Of a DNA stretch of 64,000 bases, positions 43,585-54,352 are shown in pieces. Position 1 is the first letter of the stretch. Every line of letters starts with the position of its first letter. The notes beneath the pieces were generated by a model. That model searched no databases. It worked only from the letters and a program-made list of their open reading frames with translations, and was not told the DNA's origin. The translations under genes were made by a program, and so were the position numbers. This stretch comes from Trueperaceae bacterium (GTDB taxonomy: Bacteria > Deinococcota > Deinococci > Deinococcales > Trueperaceae). The stretch covers positions 1 to 64,000 of the forward strand of contig DASSXV010000025.1 of the NCBI GenBank assembly GCA_035703635.1, given 5' to 3'.

Positions 43585-45027
43585 ATGACTGAACCCCTGC
43601 GGGAGCGGTTGGAGCTGGACAAACCGCGCGAGGAGTGCGGCGTTTTCGGCGTGCGACTCCCCCAACCAGGCGACGTGGCCGGGTTGTGTCACCTCGGCAT
43701 CTTCTCGTTACAGCACCGCGGCCAGGAGTCGTGCGGCATCTGCGTTACGGGCGGCGGTCAGGTGAGGCTCGAGAAGGACATGGGCTTGGTCGCGGAAGTC
43801 TTCACCGAGGAGCGGCTGGCTAAGCTGCGCTTCGCAGGGGCCAGCCAGGGCGTGGCGCACACGCGCTACTCCGTGACCGGCTCGAGCCTGCCGTTCAACG
43901 CCCAGCCCCTGACGGTGCGCTCCAACAAGGGGCACCTGGCGCTCGTGCACAACGGCAACTTCACGAACGCGCGCGAGATCCGTGACGCCCTGTTAGCTGG
44001 CGGCGCCGTCTTCCAGACGAGCAACGACAGCGAAGTCATGCTCAACCTCATCGCGCGGTACAGCGACCTCGACCTCGTCGAGGCTACCGCGCAGGCCATG
44101 CGCGACCTGGAGGGCGGTTTCGCCGTCGTGCTGATGGACGCCGGCCGCCTCATCGGCCTGCGTGACGGCCACGGCGTTAGGCCGCTCGTCATCGGCGAGC
44201 TGGCTGGCGGGTACGTGTTCGCCTCTGAGCCCGCGGCCCTCGCCGTCGTCGGCGCCACGTTCCTGCGTGACGTGCGCCCTGGCGAGCTGGTGGTTGCAGA
44301 CGCGCACGGTCTCGCGAGCAGGCAGGTCCTGACTCCAGCGCCTACGCCGTGCGCGTTCGAGTGGATCTACTTCGCGAGGGGAGACGCGCGGCTCGACGGC
44401 GTCGACGTGCATGCCGCCCGCGTGCGCATGGGCATGGAGCTAGCGAAGGAGGCGCCGGTCGAGGCCGACGTCGTAGTCGGGGTCCCTGAATCAGGGCTGG
44501 CCGCCAGCGTCGGCTTCGCGCGCGCAAGTGGCGTGGCGTACGACCTCGGACTCTATAAGTCGCCTTACGCGGGCCGCTCGTTCATCAGCCCAACCCAACA
44601 GATGCGTGAGCAGAAGGTCAAACTCAAACTGCGCGCCACGGGCGCCGTAGCTGGCAAGCGCGTGGTGCTGGTGGACGACTCGATCGTGCGCGGCACCACC
44701 TCTGGCCGCATCGTTCAGCTCCTGCGAGAAGCTGGAGCTACCGAGGTGCACTTCCGCGTCTCGAGCCCTCCCATCAAGTTCCCCTGCCACTACGGCATCG
44801 ACACGGCCGCCCGCAAGGAGTTGGCTGCTGCTACCTTGACGATCGAGGAGATCAGGGAGCGCATCGGCGCAGACAGCCTTCACTTCCTCACGGAGGACGG
44901 GCTGCGGCGCGCGTTGACGTTGCCCGGCGTGTGCCTCGCATGCTTCAACGGCAACTACCCTGCCGGAGAGCCGAGTGAACTAGCGCGGCGCGAGGGCCTC
45001 GGGCGAGAGGTCTGGGGTCCCGCCTAA
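43585..45027 (+). CDS. purF: amidophosphoribosyltransferase
   Basis: EECGVFG, LQHRGQE, HTRYS, VDDSIVRGTTS, CLACF. Confidence 0.97.
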   Translation: MTEPLRERLELDKPREECGVFGVRLPQPGDVAGLCHLGIFSLQHRGQESCGICVTGGGQVRLEKDMGLVAEVFTEERLAKLRFAGASQGVAHTRYSVTGSSLPFNAQPLTVRSNKGHLALVHNGNFTNAREIRDALLAGGAVFQTSNDSEVMLNLIARYSDLDLVEATAQAMRDLEGGFAVVLMDAGRLIGLRDGHGVRPLVIGELAGGYVFASEPAALAVVGATFLRDVRPGELVVADAHGLASRQVLTPAPTPCAFEWIYFARGDARLDGVDVHAARVRMGMELAKEAPVEADVVVGVPESGLAASVGFARASGVAYDLGLYKSPYAGRSFISPTQQMREQKVKLKLRATGAVAGKRVVLVDDSIVRGTTSGRIVQLLREAGATEVHFRVSSPPIKFPCHYGIDTAARKELAAATLTIEEIRERIGADSLHFLTEDGLRRALTLPGVCLACFNGNYPAGEPSELARREGLGREVWGPA

Positions 45028-45779
45028 CCAGCGCTGTGGCCGTGGCGGCCACCGCGGGTCAGAACCAACCAGGCGAACTCCATGAGTCGCGGCACGCGCT
45101 TCCACCGCTTGCGGTCAAGTGCAACTCGGAATAGCCATTCGACACCCAACTTGGTGGTCCAGGCCGGCATGCGCTTCACTTCGCCGGCCAGCACGTCCAG
45201 CGTGCCGCCTACGCCGATCATCACGCGAGCGCCAAGTGCTTCCGCGTGGCTGTACAAGAAGAGCTCCTGCCCTTCACCTAGACCAGCGAGCAGGAGGTCG
45301 GGCGCGGCTAGGCGCACGTCCTGACACACGGCCGCTGCGTCGTTGGCGCGGTCGAAGTAACCGTGGTGCTGACCGGCGACCTTGACGCCGTAGCGGCTGC
45401 TTGCCTCCGCGGCCGCCCGCTCGGCCACCCCCGGTTTGGCGCCGAGGAAGTAGACGCGCAGGGTTCCCGCGCCCTGGCGCATGACCTCGCTTGCAAGGTC
45501 GACGCCTGGAACGCGGCCAGGCAGTCGCGTGCCAGCGCGCCGTGCGGCGAGCGCCACGCCGACCCCGTCCGCCACGCTCAAGTCCGCTGCGCGCAACGCC
45601 GCGGCCAGGGCCGGTTGGTCGCGGCCTTGAACGACGATCTCCGGGTTGAGGGTAACCACTAGCTTTGGCTGCTGCGCCGCGCGCGCTTCGTTGAGCACCC
45701 AGGCCGCTGCGCTAGGCAGGTCGATGACGTCGAGCGGGAAGCCAAGGACGTCTATTCGCGGCGGGCCGCCGTCGGTCAA
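45024..45779 (-). CDS. WecB/TagA/CpsF glycosyltransferase (GT26)
   Basis: VVTLNPE, VADGVGV, RVPGVDL, YFLGAKPGVA, HHGYF, IGVGG, GVEWLFR; TTG start overlaps upstream stop. Confidence 0.9.
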   Translation of the reverse strand: MTDGGPPRIDVLGFPLDVIDLPSAAAWVLNEARAAQQPKLVVTLNPEIVVQGRDQPALAAALRAADLSVADGVGVALAARRAGTRLPGRVPGVDLASEVMRQGAGTLRVYFLGAKPGVAERAAAEASSRYGVKVAGQHHGYFDRANDAAAVCQDVRLAAPDLLLAGLGEGQELFLYSHAEALGARVMIGVGGTLDVLAGEVKRMPAWTTKLGVEWLFRVALDRKRWKRVPRLMEFAWLVLTRGGRHGHSAG

Positions 45780-46495
45780 GAGGCCACGAAACGGTAGAGA
45801 TTGCCGTGCTCGCCAGCCTCGACCGCCACGAGCCGCGGAACGACCTCGCTGGCGGAGACGCGCGCCGCGAGGCCGATGTCTTGCTCTAGGCCGATCGAGC
45901 GCAGGTACTGACCAGCTGTCGAGCGCCACAACACATCGACCGGTTCTGGGAAGGCGCGCAAGATGGTCGTCGCCATGCGCGTCGCGCCTTGCACTCTCAA
46001 GTCCTGATGGTAGTTCTTCACGAGACCGGCGATGACGGCGGCCGCCAAGGTGTCGTCGAGGTCCGGTTCGCCAGAGAAGCCGGAGCACACGAGGTCGATG
46101 CGGCCACTCGCGAGTTCCGCCGCCAACCGCGCCACGGCGCCAGCGTTGTAGAGCGAACCGAGGAGCACATGGCGTGCCCCACCCAACTGCTCGAGCCAGC
46201 GCGGGGCGTTCTCAGACACCATCACGACTTCGCGCCCTTGAAGGCCGACACGTGCGAGGTTCGCCGGTGAGTTGCCGTGATTGAAGCCCTCAGGCGGCAC
46301 CCCCTGACGCTCGCCAACAAGGGTCTTGCCTGACCCGGAGGCGGCACGGGCGCGGCGCATGGAGGTCGTCAAGGACAAGCTCACGGCGCCCTGGTCGAAG
46401 AGGATGGGCGCGACGGTGCAGGTGCGCAGCACGTCGATGAGTACAACCACGTCGCTATAAGGTCCGCTCGGGACGAGATCGGTATTGATAAGCAT
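45776..46495 (-). CDS. ComB 2-phosphosulfolactate phosphatase family protein
   Basis: VVLIDVLRT, GERQG, GNSP, LVCSG...DD. Confidence 0.82.
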   Translation of the reverse strand: MLINTDLVPSGPYSDVVVLIDVLRTCTVAPILFDQGAVSLSLTTSMRRARAASGSGKTLVGERQGVPPEGFNHGNSPANLARVGLQGREVVMVSENAPRWLEQLGGARHVLLGSLYNAGAVARLAAELASGRIDLVCSGFSGEPDLDDTLAAAVIAGLVKNYHQDLRVQGATRMATTILRAFPEPVDVLWRSTAGQYLRSIGLEQDIGLAARVSASEVVPRLVAVEAGEHGNLYRFVAS

Positions 46496-46718
46496 GATGT
46501 CGATTCGATCGCTGCCAAGGACCGCTACGTGTTCGAGGTCCAAGGAGGCTCGGCTAGCGCGCTGTGGCTACCAAGCTGTGCTGCGAGGCGCGAGCGGCCC
46601 CCCTTCTTAGTGGTGGCCAACGACTCCACCTTAGCGGCGCGAGTCTACCACGAACCTAGCGCGCTTCCGCAGTCGCCCGGGCCATGACGGCAGCACCTCA
46701 CGCCAGATAAGCTGCCCT

Positions 46719-48287
46719 GTGCTAGCTCACGCCACGCCGCCCGCCCCGTCGTTCCTCGACGCCTTCCTAAGCGGTCAACTGAACGACTTCTTCGAACTAG
46801 CTCCGGGCGACGTCAGCGCGGCTCTTGACCTCCCACGCTCACAGGAAAGGCGAGAACTCGTCGACGCCCTCTCGCGCTACGCGGCTAGCCTCGGCGCGCC
46901 GCAAGCCGTGTTCGACAACTTGGAGCGCTTACGTCACCCCAACGCGCGCGCCGTCGTCACGGGGCAGCAGACAGGCCTCCTCCTTGGTCCGACCTACAGC
47001 CTCTCGAAGGCAGCGACCGCCGTTGCCCTTGCCAAGCGCTTGAGCACCGAGGAGCGGCCGGTGGTGCCGATCTTCTGGTTGGCAACGCAAGACCACGACG
47101 TCGCAGAGATCGATCACACCTACCTGCTCGACGGGAGCGAGACGCTGAGGCGCATCGCCGTGACCTTGCCTGCCGGAGCGGCGGTAGGGCGCGCGCCATT
47201 GACACCAGAACTAGTGGCCACCGTCAAGCAGGGGCTGGCGCAACTCACGCCGCGACCGCGCTTCTTGTCGCAAGTGTGGGAACTGCTAGCCGCCACCGCG
47301 GGTTCCGTGACCATGTTCTCCGACTGGTTCGGCGCCATCCTCATGCGGCTGTTAGGTGACGCCGGGTTGGTGCTGATCGACCCGATGCAGCGCGACGTCG
47401 CTACGCTCTTCACGCCGCTGATAACGGCCGAGCTGGCGGACGCCCAACGCACGCCGGAAGCGATAAACGATGCCGGCAGGCGCCTGAAATCGCTCGGCTA
47501 CGAGCCGCAGTTGGGGCGCGGCCAGGACGCCACCAACCTGTTCGTCGAGCTGAAGGGGCGGCGCGTGCTCCTGCGCCGGGTGGGCGCGGCGTTCGCCGCG
47601 GAGGAGCGCCGCTTCACGCGGGCGGAGCTCCTCGCCATGCTCGAGGTCGACCCGACCGCCATCACGCCGGCGGCTGGATTGCGGCCCGTCATCCAAGACG
47701 CCACGCTTCCAACGGCCGTGTTCGTGCTCGGCCCCGGTGAGCTGCGCTACGTCGCGCAACTGCGCGACGTCTACCGCTTTCACGGCGTGCCGATGCCGCT
47801 CACCTGGCCCCGCGCCAGCGCTACCGTGTTGGAGCCGGTCAGCGCCAGGCTCCTGACTGGTCTCGGCCTGCGGGCCGTAGAGTTCCGTAACCACCGCGCC
47901 GAGACCCTCGAGCGCGTCTTGCTAGAGCGCCACGGTCATGCCGCGCGCTTCCAGGCGGCGGCGAGCAGGCTGGAAGCCGAGTTCACGACCCTCCTGAGCG
48001 CTGTTGACGCCATCGATCCGACGCTAGAGGGCACAGTGCGTAACGGCCACAAGCACCTAGCCGCCACCATGAAACGCCTGCGTGGCAAGTCCGGCGCGGC
48101 TCTCGCCAAGCACGACGCCACGACGGTGCGGCAGTTCGAGCGCCTAGCTTCTCACTTGCTGCCGCTTGGCCAGCCAGCCGAGCGCGTCCTCAGCCCCTTC
48201 TCCCACGCCCTGAAGTTCGGCATCGAACCGCTAATGGACCGCTTCTCGACGCTCGAACCGTCAGGAGACCAGGAGCTCGTCCTCTAG
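46719..48287 (+). CDS. bshC: bacillithiol biosynthesis cysteine-adding enzyme
   Basis: VVTGQQTGLLLGP, PIFWLATQDHD.AEI, LRPVIQD, GPGELRY.AQL, PAERV. Confidence 0.9.
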   Translation: MLAHATPPAPSFLDAFLSGQLNDFFELAPGDVSAALDLPRSQERRELVDALSRYAASLGAPQAVFDNLERLRHPNARAVVTGQQTGLLLGPTYSLSKAATAVALAKRLSTEERPVVPIFWLATQDHDVAEIDHTYLLDGSETLRRIAVTLPAGAAVGRAPLTPELVATVKQGLAQLTPRPRFLSQVWELLAATAGSVTMFSDWFGAILMRLLGDAGLVLIDPMQRDVATLFTPLITAELADAQRTPEAINDAGRRLKSLGYEPQLGRGQDATNLFVELKGRRVLLRRVGAAFAAEERRFTRAELLAMLEVDPTAITPAAGLRPVIQDATLPTAVFVLGPGELRYVAQLRDVYRFHGVPMPLTWPRASATVLEPVSARLLTGLGLRAVEFRNHRAETLERVLLERHGHAARFQAAASRLEAEFTTLLSAVDAIDPTLEGTVRNGHKHLAATMKRLRGKSGAALAKHDATTVRQFERLASHLLPLGQPAERVLSPFSHALKFGIEPLMDRFSTLEPSGDQELVL

Positions 48288-48290
48288 GGC

Positions 48291-49802
<1,512 letters not shown>

Positions 49803-49842
49803 TTACCCTTTCGGTGCAGGCGGCGTAGCTGGAACGGCGCCG

Positions 49843-50244
49843 TCACGGGTTGTTCTCGAGTAGTGCCACTAGGGGAGAGAGCCAGCGTTCTGGGAGCCTT
49901 ACCGCTTTCCCGCTGCGGTCGGTGGGGACGTGCCGCGTTTCAGCGGTCGCGACCAGCGCCCCGTCCGCGGGCCTGGTGATGCGGTACGCGAAGCTCACGC
50001 CGCGGCTCCTCACTGCCGTCAGGACGCTCATGATGTTCAGGACGTCGTCGAAGTAGCAGGCCGCGCGGTACTCGACAGCGACATGCGCGACCGCCAACGA
50101 CAACCCGGCGTCTTCCATCTCGCGGTAACTCAGGCCGCGGTCGCGCAACCACTCCACGCGCCCAGCCTCGAGCCAGGGGACGTAGGCGCTATGGTGCACG
50201 ACGCCCATCTGGTCAGTTTCGACGAACCTCACTCTTAGTTCCAT
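49843..50244 (-). CDS. acyl-CoA thioesterase (YbgC/4HBT family)
   Basis: VRFVETDQMGVVHHSAY; start uncertain. Confidence 0.88.
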   Translation of the reverse strand: MELRVRFVETDQMGVVHHSAYVPWLEAGRVEWLRDRGLSYREMEDAGLSLAVAHVAVEYRAACYFDDVLNIMSVLTAVRSRGVSFAYRITRPADGALVATAETRHVPTDRSGKAVRLPERWLSPLVALLENNP

Positions 50245-50357
50245 GATGGTCGGGGGCGCCGCTGCACGGACGCGCAGCAGGACCTGCTTCCTTGCCGGCA
50301 GCATAACGCCTTCGGGGGCACGCGCCCGGTGCTACAGTGCCAGCAGGAGTCGAGTGA

Positions 50358-51071
50358 GTGACACAAAGCAAGGGACGGGCCTTCGGCGCGGAGTTCTTCG
50401 ACCAAACCAAGTACCGGCGCGGGCAGCTGCCTGCGTCGCGCACGCGCGTGGCGGCGCCGTTCAAGGTGTTCGCCAACCCTGCCGAAGTCGCGGCCCTGCC
50501 GGCCCCGCAGCTGAAGGGCGGGACGGGCGTGTGGACCGCGCTCTCGCGCGACCGGAGCGGTGCGGCAGAAGGCGGCCGCCTGAAGCAGGCGCACCTGTCG
50601 CAACTGCTGTGGAGTTGCGCGGGCTTCAACTACGGCAGGCAACGCGTGCACGCCACGGCGCAGGCCGTGTCGTCACTCGAGTGCTACTTGTTGGCGTTCA
50701 ACGTCCAAGACCTGTTCGCCGGCGTGTACCACTACAACCCGCGCGATCACAGTCTCGATCAGCTCAAGATGGGCGCCGTCGGTGACGAGTTCGCCGACTG
50801 CGTGCTGGCGCCGCTCGACGTGAGCGCGCAGGCCGCGGCCGTCTGCTTCACTGGCCTGCCATCGCGCCATAGGGTTGCCGACGGCGGCCGCGCCTACCGC
50901 TACTTGTTACTCGATGGCGGCGCCGCCGCGCAGGACTTGGTCCTCGCTGGCACGGCCCTGGGACTGGCCGTCACCTACGCAGCTGACTTCTACGACGACG
51001 AGCTAGCGAAGCTACTGCACGTCGACGGGCGCACCGAAGTGCCGCTCTGCCTCGTGACCATCGGGTCGTAG
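50358..51071 (+). CDS. SagB/ThcOx-like nitroreductase-family protein
   Basis: LSQLLW, GVYHYNP, RAYRYLLLDGG..AQ, FYDDEL..LL. Confidence 0.78.
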   Translation: MTQSKGRAFGAEFFDQTKYRRGQLPASRTRVAAPFKVFANPAEVAALPAPQLKGGTGVWTALSRDRSGAAEGGRLKQAHLSQLLWSCAGFNYGRQRVHATAQAVSSLECYLLAFNVQDLFAGVYHYNPRDHSLDQLKMGAVGDEFADCVLAPLDVSAQAAAVCFTGLPSRHRVADGGRAYRYLLLDGGAAAQDLVLAGTALGLAVTYAADFYDDELAKLLHVDGRTEVPLCLVTIGS

Positions 51072-51200
51072 GCACCCAAGCAGCGTCATGGAAGCGTTGG
51101 CTTGGCGGCCACTTGAGGGGGCGTTATGCTGCCACGTATTAGCTGCGCCCAGTTCAGCTGAGGTGAAGCGCAACTCGTGCACCACGAAAGTAGGCAGCGC

Positions 51201-52400
51201 ATGACCCACTCGAGACCCTCCCAGAGCAAGGGCCGAAGGACGGCCGACTACCTCGCCGCCGCAGAAGCGCACGCTAGCGGCCTGTGGCACCCGGAAGTAG
51301 TGTTCGTGCGGGGCGAAGGGGCGCTGCTTTACGACGCTGACGGGCGCGAGTACCTCGACTGCATGGCTGGCATCGCGGTGGCCAGCGTCGGCCACGGGAA
51401 CGCACGGCTGGTTGAAGCCGTGGCGGAGCAGGCCAAGCGTCTGATCGTCTGCCCGCAGAACCTCGGCAACGACGTCCGCACCGACTTCATCACGAAACTC
51501 TTCGAGTACGTGCAGGCGCCCCTCAACCGCGTGTTCCTCGGGAACTCCGGCGCGGAAGCCAACGAAGCAGCGCTGAAGTGGGCGCGCGTCGCCACGGGCC
51601 GCAGGCGCTTCGTGGCGGCCCGCAACGGCTTCTCGGGCCGCACGCTGGGAGTGCTGCCCCTCACGTGGGAACCGAAGTACCGCGAGCCGTTCGCGCCTTA
51701 CGACACCGACGTCGAGTTCGTGCCGTTCAATGACGTCGCCGCCCTCGAGGCGGCGGTGAACGACGCCACCGCCGCCGTGCTGCTCGAGCCGATCCAAGGC
51801 GAGAGCGGCATCCGACCCGCAACGACCGAGTACTTGCGTGCCGCGCGGGAGATAACGGCCGCCAAAGGCGCCCTGCTCGTACTAGACGAGATCCAGACCG
51901 GGGTCGGTCGCACCGGCACGTTCCTAGCCAGCGAAGCCTACGGCGTAACGGCCGACATGGTCACGCTCGCCAAGGGCCTGGCGGGCGGCGTGCCCATCAG
52001 CGCCCTGCTCATGACGGACGCGGTGGCCGCCGCCATGCCGAAGGGCGGTCACGGCACGACGTTCGGTGGGAACCCGCTCGCGGCGGCGGCCGGCCTGGCC
52101 GTGTTGCAGGAACTAGAGGCGCGCGACCTGATGGCTAACGCGCGGCGCCTCGGCGAGCGCTTGATGGCCGGCTTGCGAGGGTGCGGGCCGCTCGTCGCGG
52201 AGGTTCGGGGGCGCGGTTTGCTTATCGGGCTGCAGCTCAACGTGCCGGCAGGACCCGTGATCGCCGCGTTGCAGGCGGCCGGTGTCGTCACCATCGCTGG
52301 CGGCGGCGAAACCATCCGCTTCCTCCCGCCCCTCGTCATCACGGAGGCTCAGGTCGACGAGGTGGTCGAACGCACGCGCCGCGTGCTGGCTCAGGCGTGA
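51201..52400 (+). CDS. lysJ: class III aminotransferase, acetylornithine/[LysW]-aminoadipate semialdehyde transaminase
   Basis: [64 protein letters not shown]; lysJ versus argD inferred from lineage. Confidence 0.75.
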   Translation: MTHSRPSQSKGRRTADYLAAAEAHASGLWHPEVVFVRGEGALLYDADGREYLDCMAGIAVASVGHGNARLVEAVAEQAKRLIVCPQNLGNDVRTDFITKLFEYVQAPLNRVFLGNSGAEANEAALKWARVATGRRRFVAARNGFSGRTLGVLPLTWEPKYREPFAPYDTDVEFVPFNDVAALEAAVNDATAAVLLEPIQGESGIRPATTEYLRAAREITAAKGALLVLDEIQTGVGRTGTFLASEAYGVTADMVTLAKGLAGGVPISALLMTDAVAAAMPKGGHGTTFGGNPLAAAAGLAVLQELEARDLMANARRLGERLMAGLRGCGPLVAEVRGRGLLIGLQLNVPAGPVIAALQAAGVVTIAGGGETIRFLPPLVITEAQVDEVVERTRRVLAQA

Positions 52401-52445
52401 GGTTTCCTGTGACGACGATCACCGCTCGTTCCTTATACTGACCGC

Positions 52446-54347
52446 GTGGGCCCCAGACTAGAGAGCATCGCGCTCGAGTTACTCGAGTACAAGGTCGACG
52501 AGTACCGAGCTACTCGGAGCGTGCGCGGCGGGTTGCACTCCCTGTGGGAACTCCTTGGCTTGCTGAACCGCGAGCGCGAACGCCTCACGAGCGCGGAGCG
52601 CGTGCGCCTGGAAGACGCCGCTCAGGCCATGGCAGGCATGTCCGACTCGACGGCAAGCCCCGCGTTCGTGCCAAGCCTCGTCTCTCTGGTGCTCGAGGAG
52701 GACGGGGAAGTTGAGCTAGCCGACGAAGTCGCCTCGAAACCGCCGACGTTTCACGGCTCGACTCCGGAGGAGCGCGACGAGCATGCCGTGCTGCAGCGCT
52801 TGGCCAGGCGCGTGTGGTGGGACGACCTCGAGGAGTACGTGCAGCGCGTTGCCGCCGGTTGGCGCGCGGAACGCGACCGCCTCACTGCGCGCCTCGTGTT
52901 CGCCACGCTGCAGAACCTGCAACGCAACGCGGACCGCAGCACTTTCGGTCAGGACGTACCGAGCAAGGCGTTCCGCGTCGTCGAGGTCATGCCGAACCTG
53001 CGCGACCCGCTCGTCTCCCTCTCCGACCTCGACGCCCTAGCCGAGATCGTGCGCGAGCTCATCAACGTGATCATGACGTCTGGCAAGCCTGGCAACCCGC
53101 TTCCTGCCCTCGAGCGCGGTGAGTCGGCCGCGTTTGCTTACGTCCGCAACGCTGCGCTCGTCGTCGCGAACGACCCGTACGCCGGGCGCGTGACGCCAGA
53201 CGTGAACAAGGCGCTTACCTCCACGCAACTTCGCCTCGCGCTGCAGGAGCTAGTGAAGGAGCGCCTGCCTGAGGAAGAGCGAGCGGCGCAGCGCCGCGAA
53301 CTCGAACGTCGCCTGACGGAAGTGACCGCGCGCGAGCGCGCGGACCAACAGGCGTTCCAGCGCGACACTGCCACGTACGTCGAGCTGGTCGAGTCGTTCT
53401 TCGGGCGCTTGGCTGGGTACTTGCCGACAACGGTCGGCGGCGAAGCAGGCGGCCCTCACCTCGAGGGCGGCGTGCTCTTCGGTGCGAACCCCATCCTCAA
53501 GTGGGACCGCGTGCCGCCTGAGGCCACGGCCATCACGGTGCGCATGGTTGGGCCAGTGAGGCTCACGTTGGCCGGCCACGACCTCGCCATCGGGGGGGTT
53601 GGCAACTCCCGCACTCTTTACCTAGACGGTGAACAGGTTGAGCTTGACGGCTCGCAAGTCATGCAACGCGGCCGGGTGCGCATCGGCGCCTTCCGTGAGG
53701 GCGAGTACGTTCACGTGCGCATCCGCAACGACGCCAAGTCGCTCGGCTCGCGCCTCGCGGACGCCCTCGTCGTGAACGAGGTCCTGAGCAACTCGCAACG
53801 CGATGAACTGCTCGCCGCCCTCAAGGTCTTGGCGAACAACGTGCGCGGAGAAGCCGATGAGGTCGTCGGGCAGGCCGTTGCGCGCGCCAACGTCGTCGCC
53901 GCACGCGCTCCGGAGAAGCTCCGTGCGCTCGAAGGCTTGTTGCGCGGCGCGGCGAAGGCAGCAGGCGTGATGCTAAGCGACCAGACCGTAGCAGAGGTCG
54001 TAACCCGCATGGCGCGCGTAGGCAGCGTCTCGCCGTCAGATGTTCCCGCGTTGATCTCGTCGTCTGGCGCTAGCGAGCACGTCGTCAAGACGATCACGCA
54101 GGAGCCGATGACGTTCGACCTAGCGAACCTCAAGATCACCGTCAGGCAGTACAAGGGCAGGGACCGCGCGGCGCAGGAGAGCCTCGTCGCCATGCTCCCC
54201 GGTCAGGTGCTCGGGTCGTTCACCGACTCGATGCTCGCCCCCCGCCCGAACGGCATGCTGATCTTCGCGCGGGGCGAGGAAGAAGTAGCAGTGCTCTTCG
54301 TCCCGTACGCCGGCGCGGCAGTGCCTGACTCCCCCGGCCTCTTCTGA
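52446..54347 (+). CDS. hypothetical protein, 633 aa
   Basis: Long ORF with normal codon bias; TATACT 6 nt before GTG; coiled-coil-like middle. Confidence 0.75.
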   Translation: MGPRLESIALELLEYKVDEYRATRSVRGGLHSLWELLGLLNRERERLTSAERVRLEDAAQAMAGMSDSTASPAFVPSLVSLVLEEDGEVELADEVASKPPTFHGSTPEERDEHAVLQRLARRVWWDDLEEYVQRVAAGWRAERDRLTARLVFATLQNLQRNADRSTFGQDVPSKAFRVVEVMPNLRDPLVSLSDLDALAEIVRELINVIMTSGKPGNPLPALERGESAAFAYVRNAALVVANDPYAGRVTPDVNKALTSTQLRLALQELVKERLPEEERAAQRRELERRLTEVTARERADQQAFQRDTATYVELVESFFGRLAGYLPTTVGGEAGGPHLEGGVLFGANPILKWDRVPPEATAITVRMVGPVRLTLAGHDLAIGGVGNSRTLYLDGEQVELDGSQVMQRGRVRIGAFREGEYVHVRIRNDAKSLGSRLADALVVNEVLSNSQRDELLAALKVLANNVRGEADEVVGQAVARANVVAARAPEKLRALEGLLRGAAKAAGVMLSDQTVAEVVTRMARVGSVSPSDVPALISSSGASEHVVKTITQEPMTFDLANLKITVRQYKGRDRAAQESLVAMLPGQVLGSFTDSMLAPRPNGMLIFARGEEEVAVLFVPYAGAAVPDSPGLF

Positions 54348-54352
54348 GGCGG

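Noticed and set aside
50275-50305. SRP RNA, suggested by CCGGCAAGGAAGCAG on the minus strand
   Set aside because: Lacks the upstream CAGG strand, the GNRA-capped helix and a long flanking stem; more likely the thioesterase 5' region
50358-51071. RiPP (azole-peptide) cluster around the SagB-like gene
   Set aside because: No YcaO, precursor peptide or transporter; neighbours are housekeeping genes
51072-51200. Lysine riboswitch upstream of lysJ
   Set aside because: The gap is too short and lacks the conserved core; only short hairpins are present
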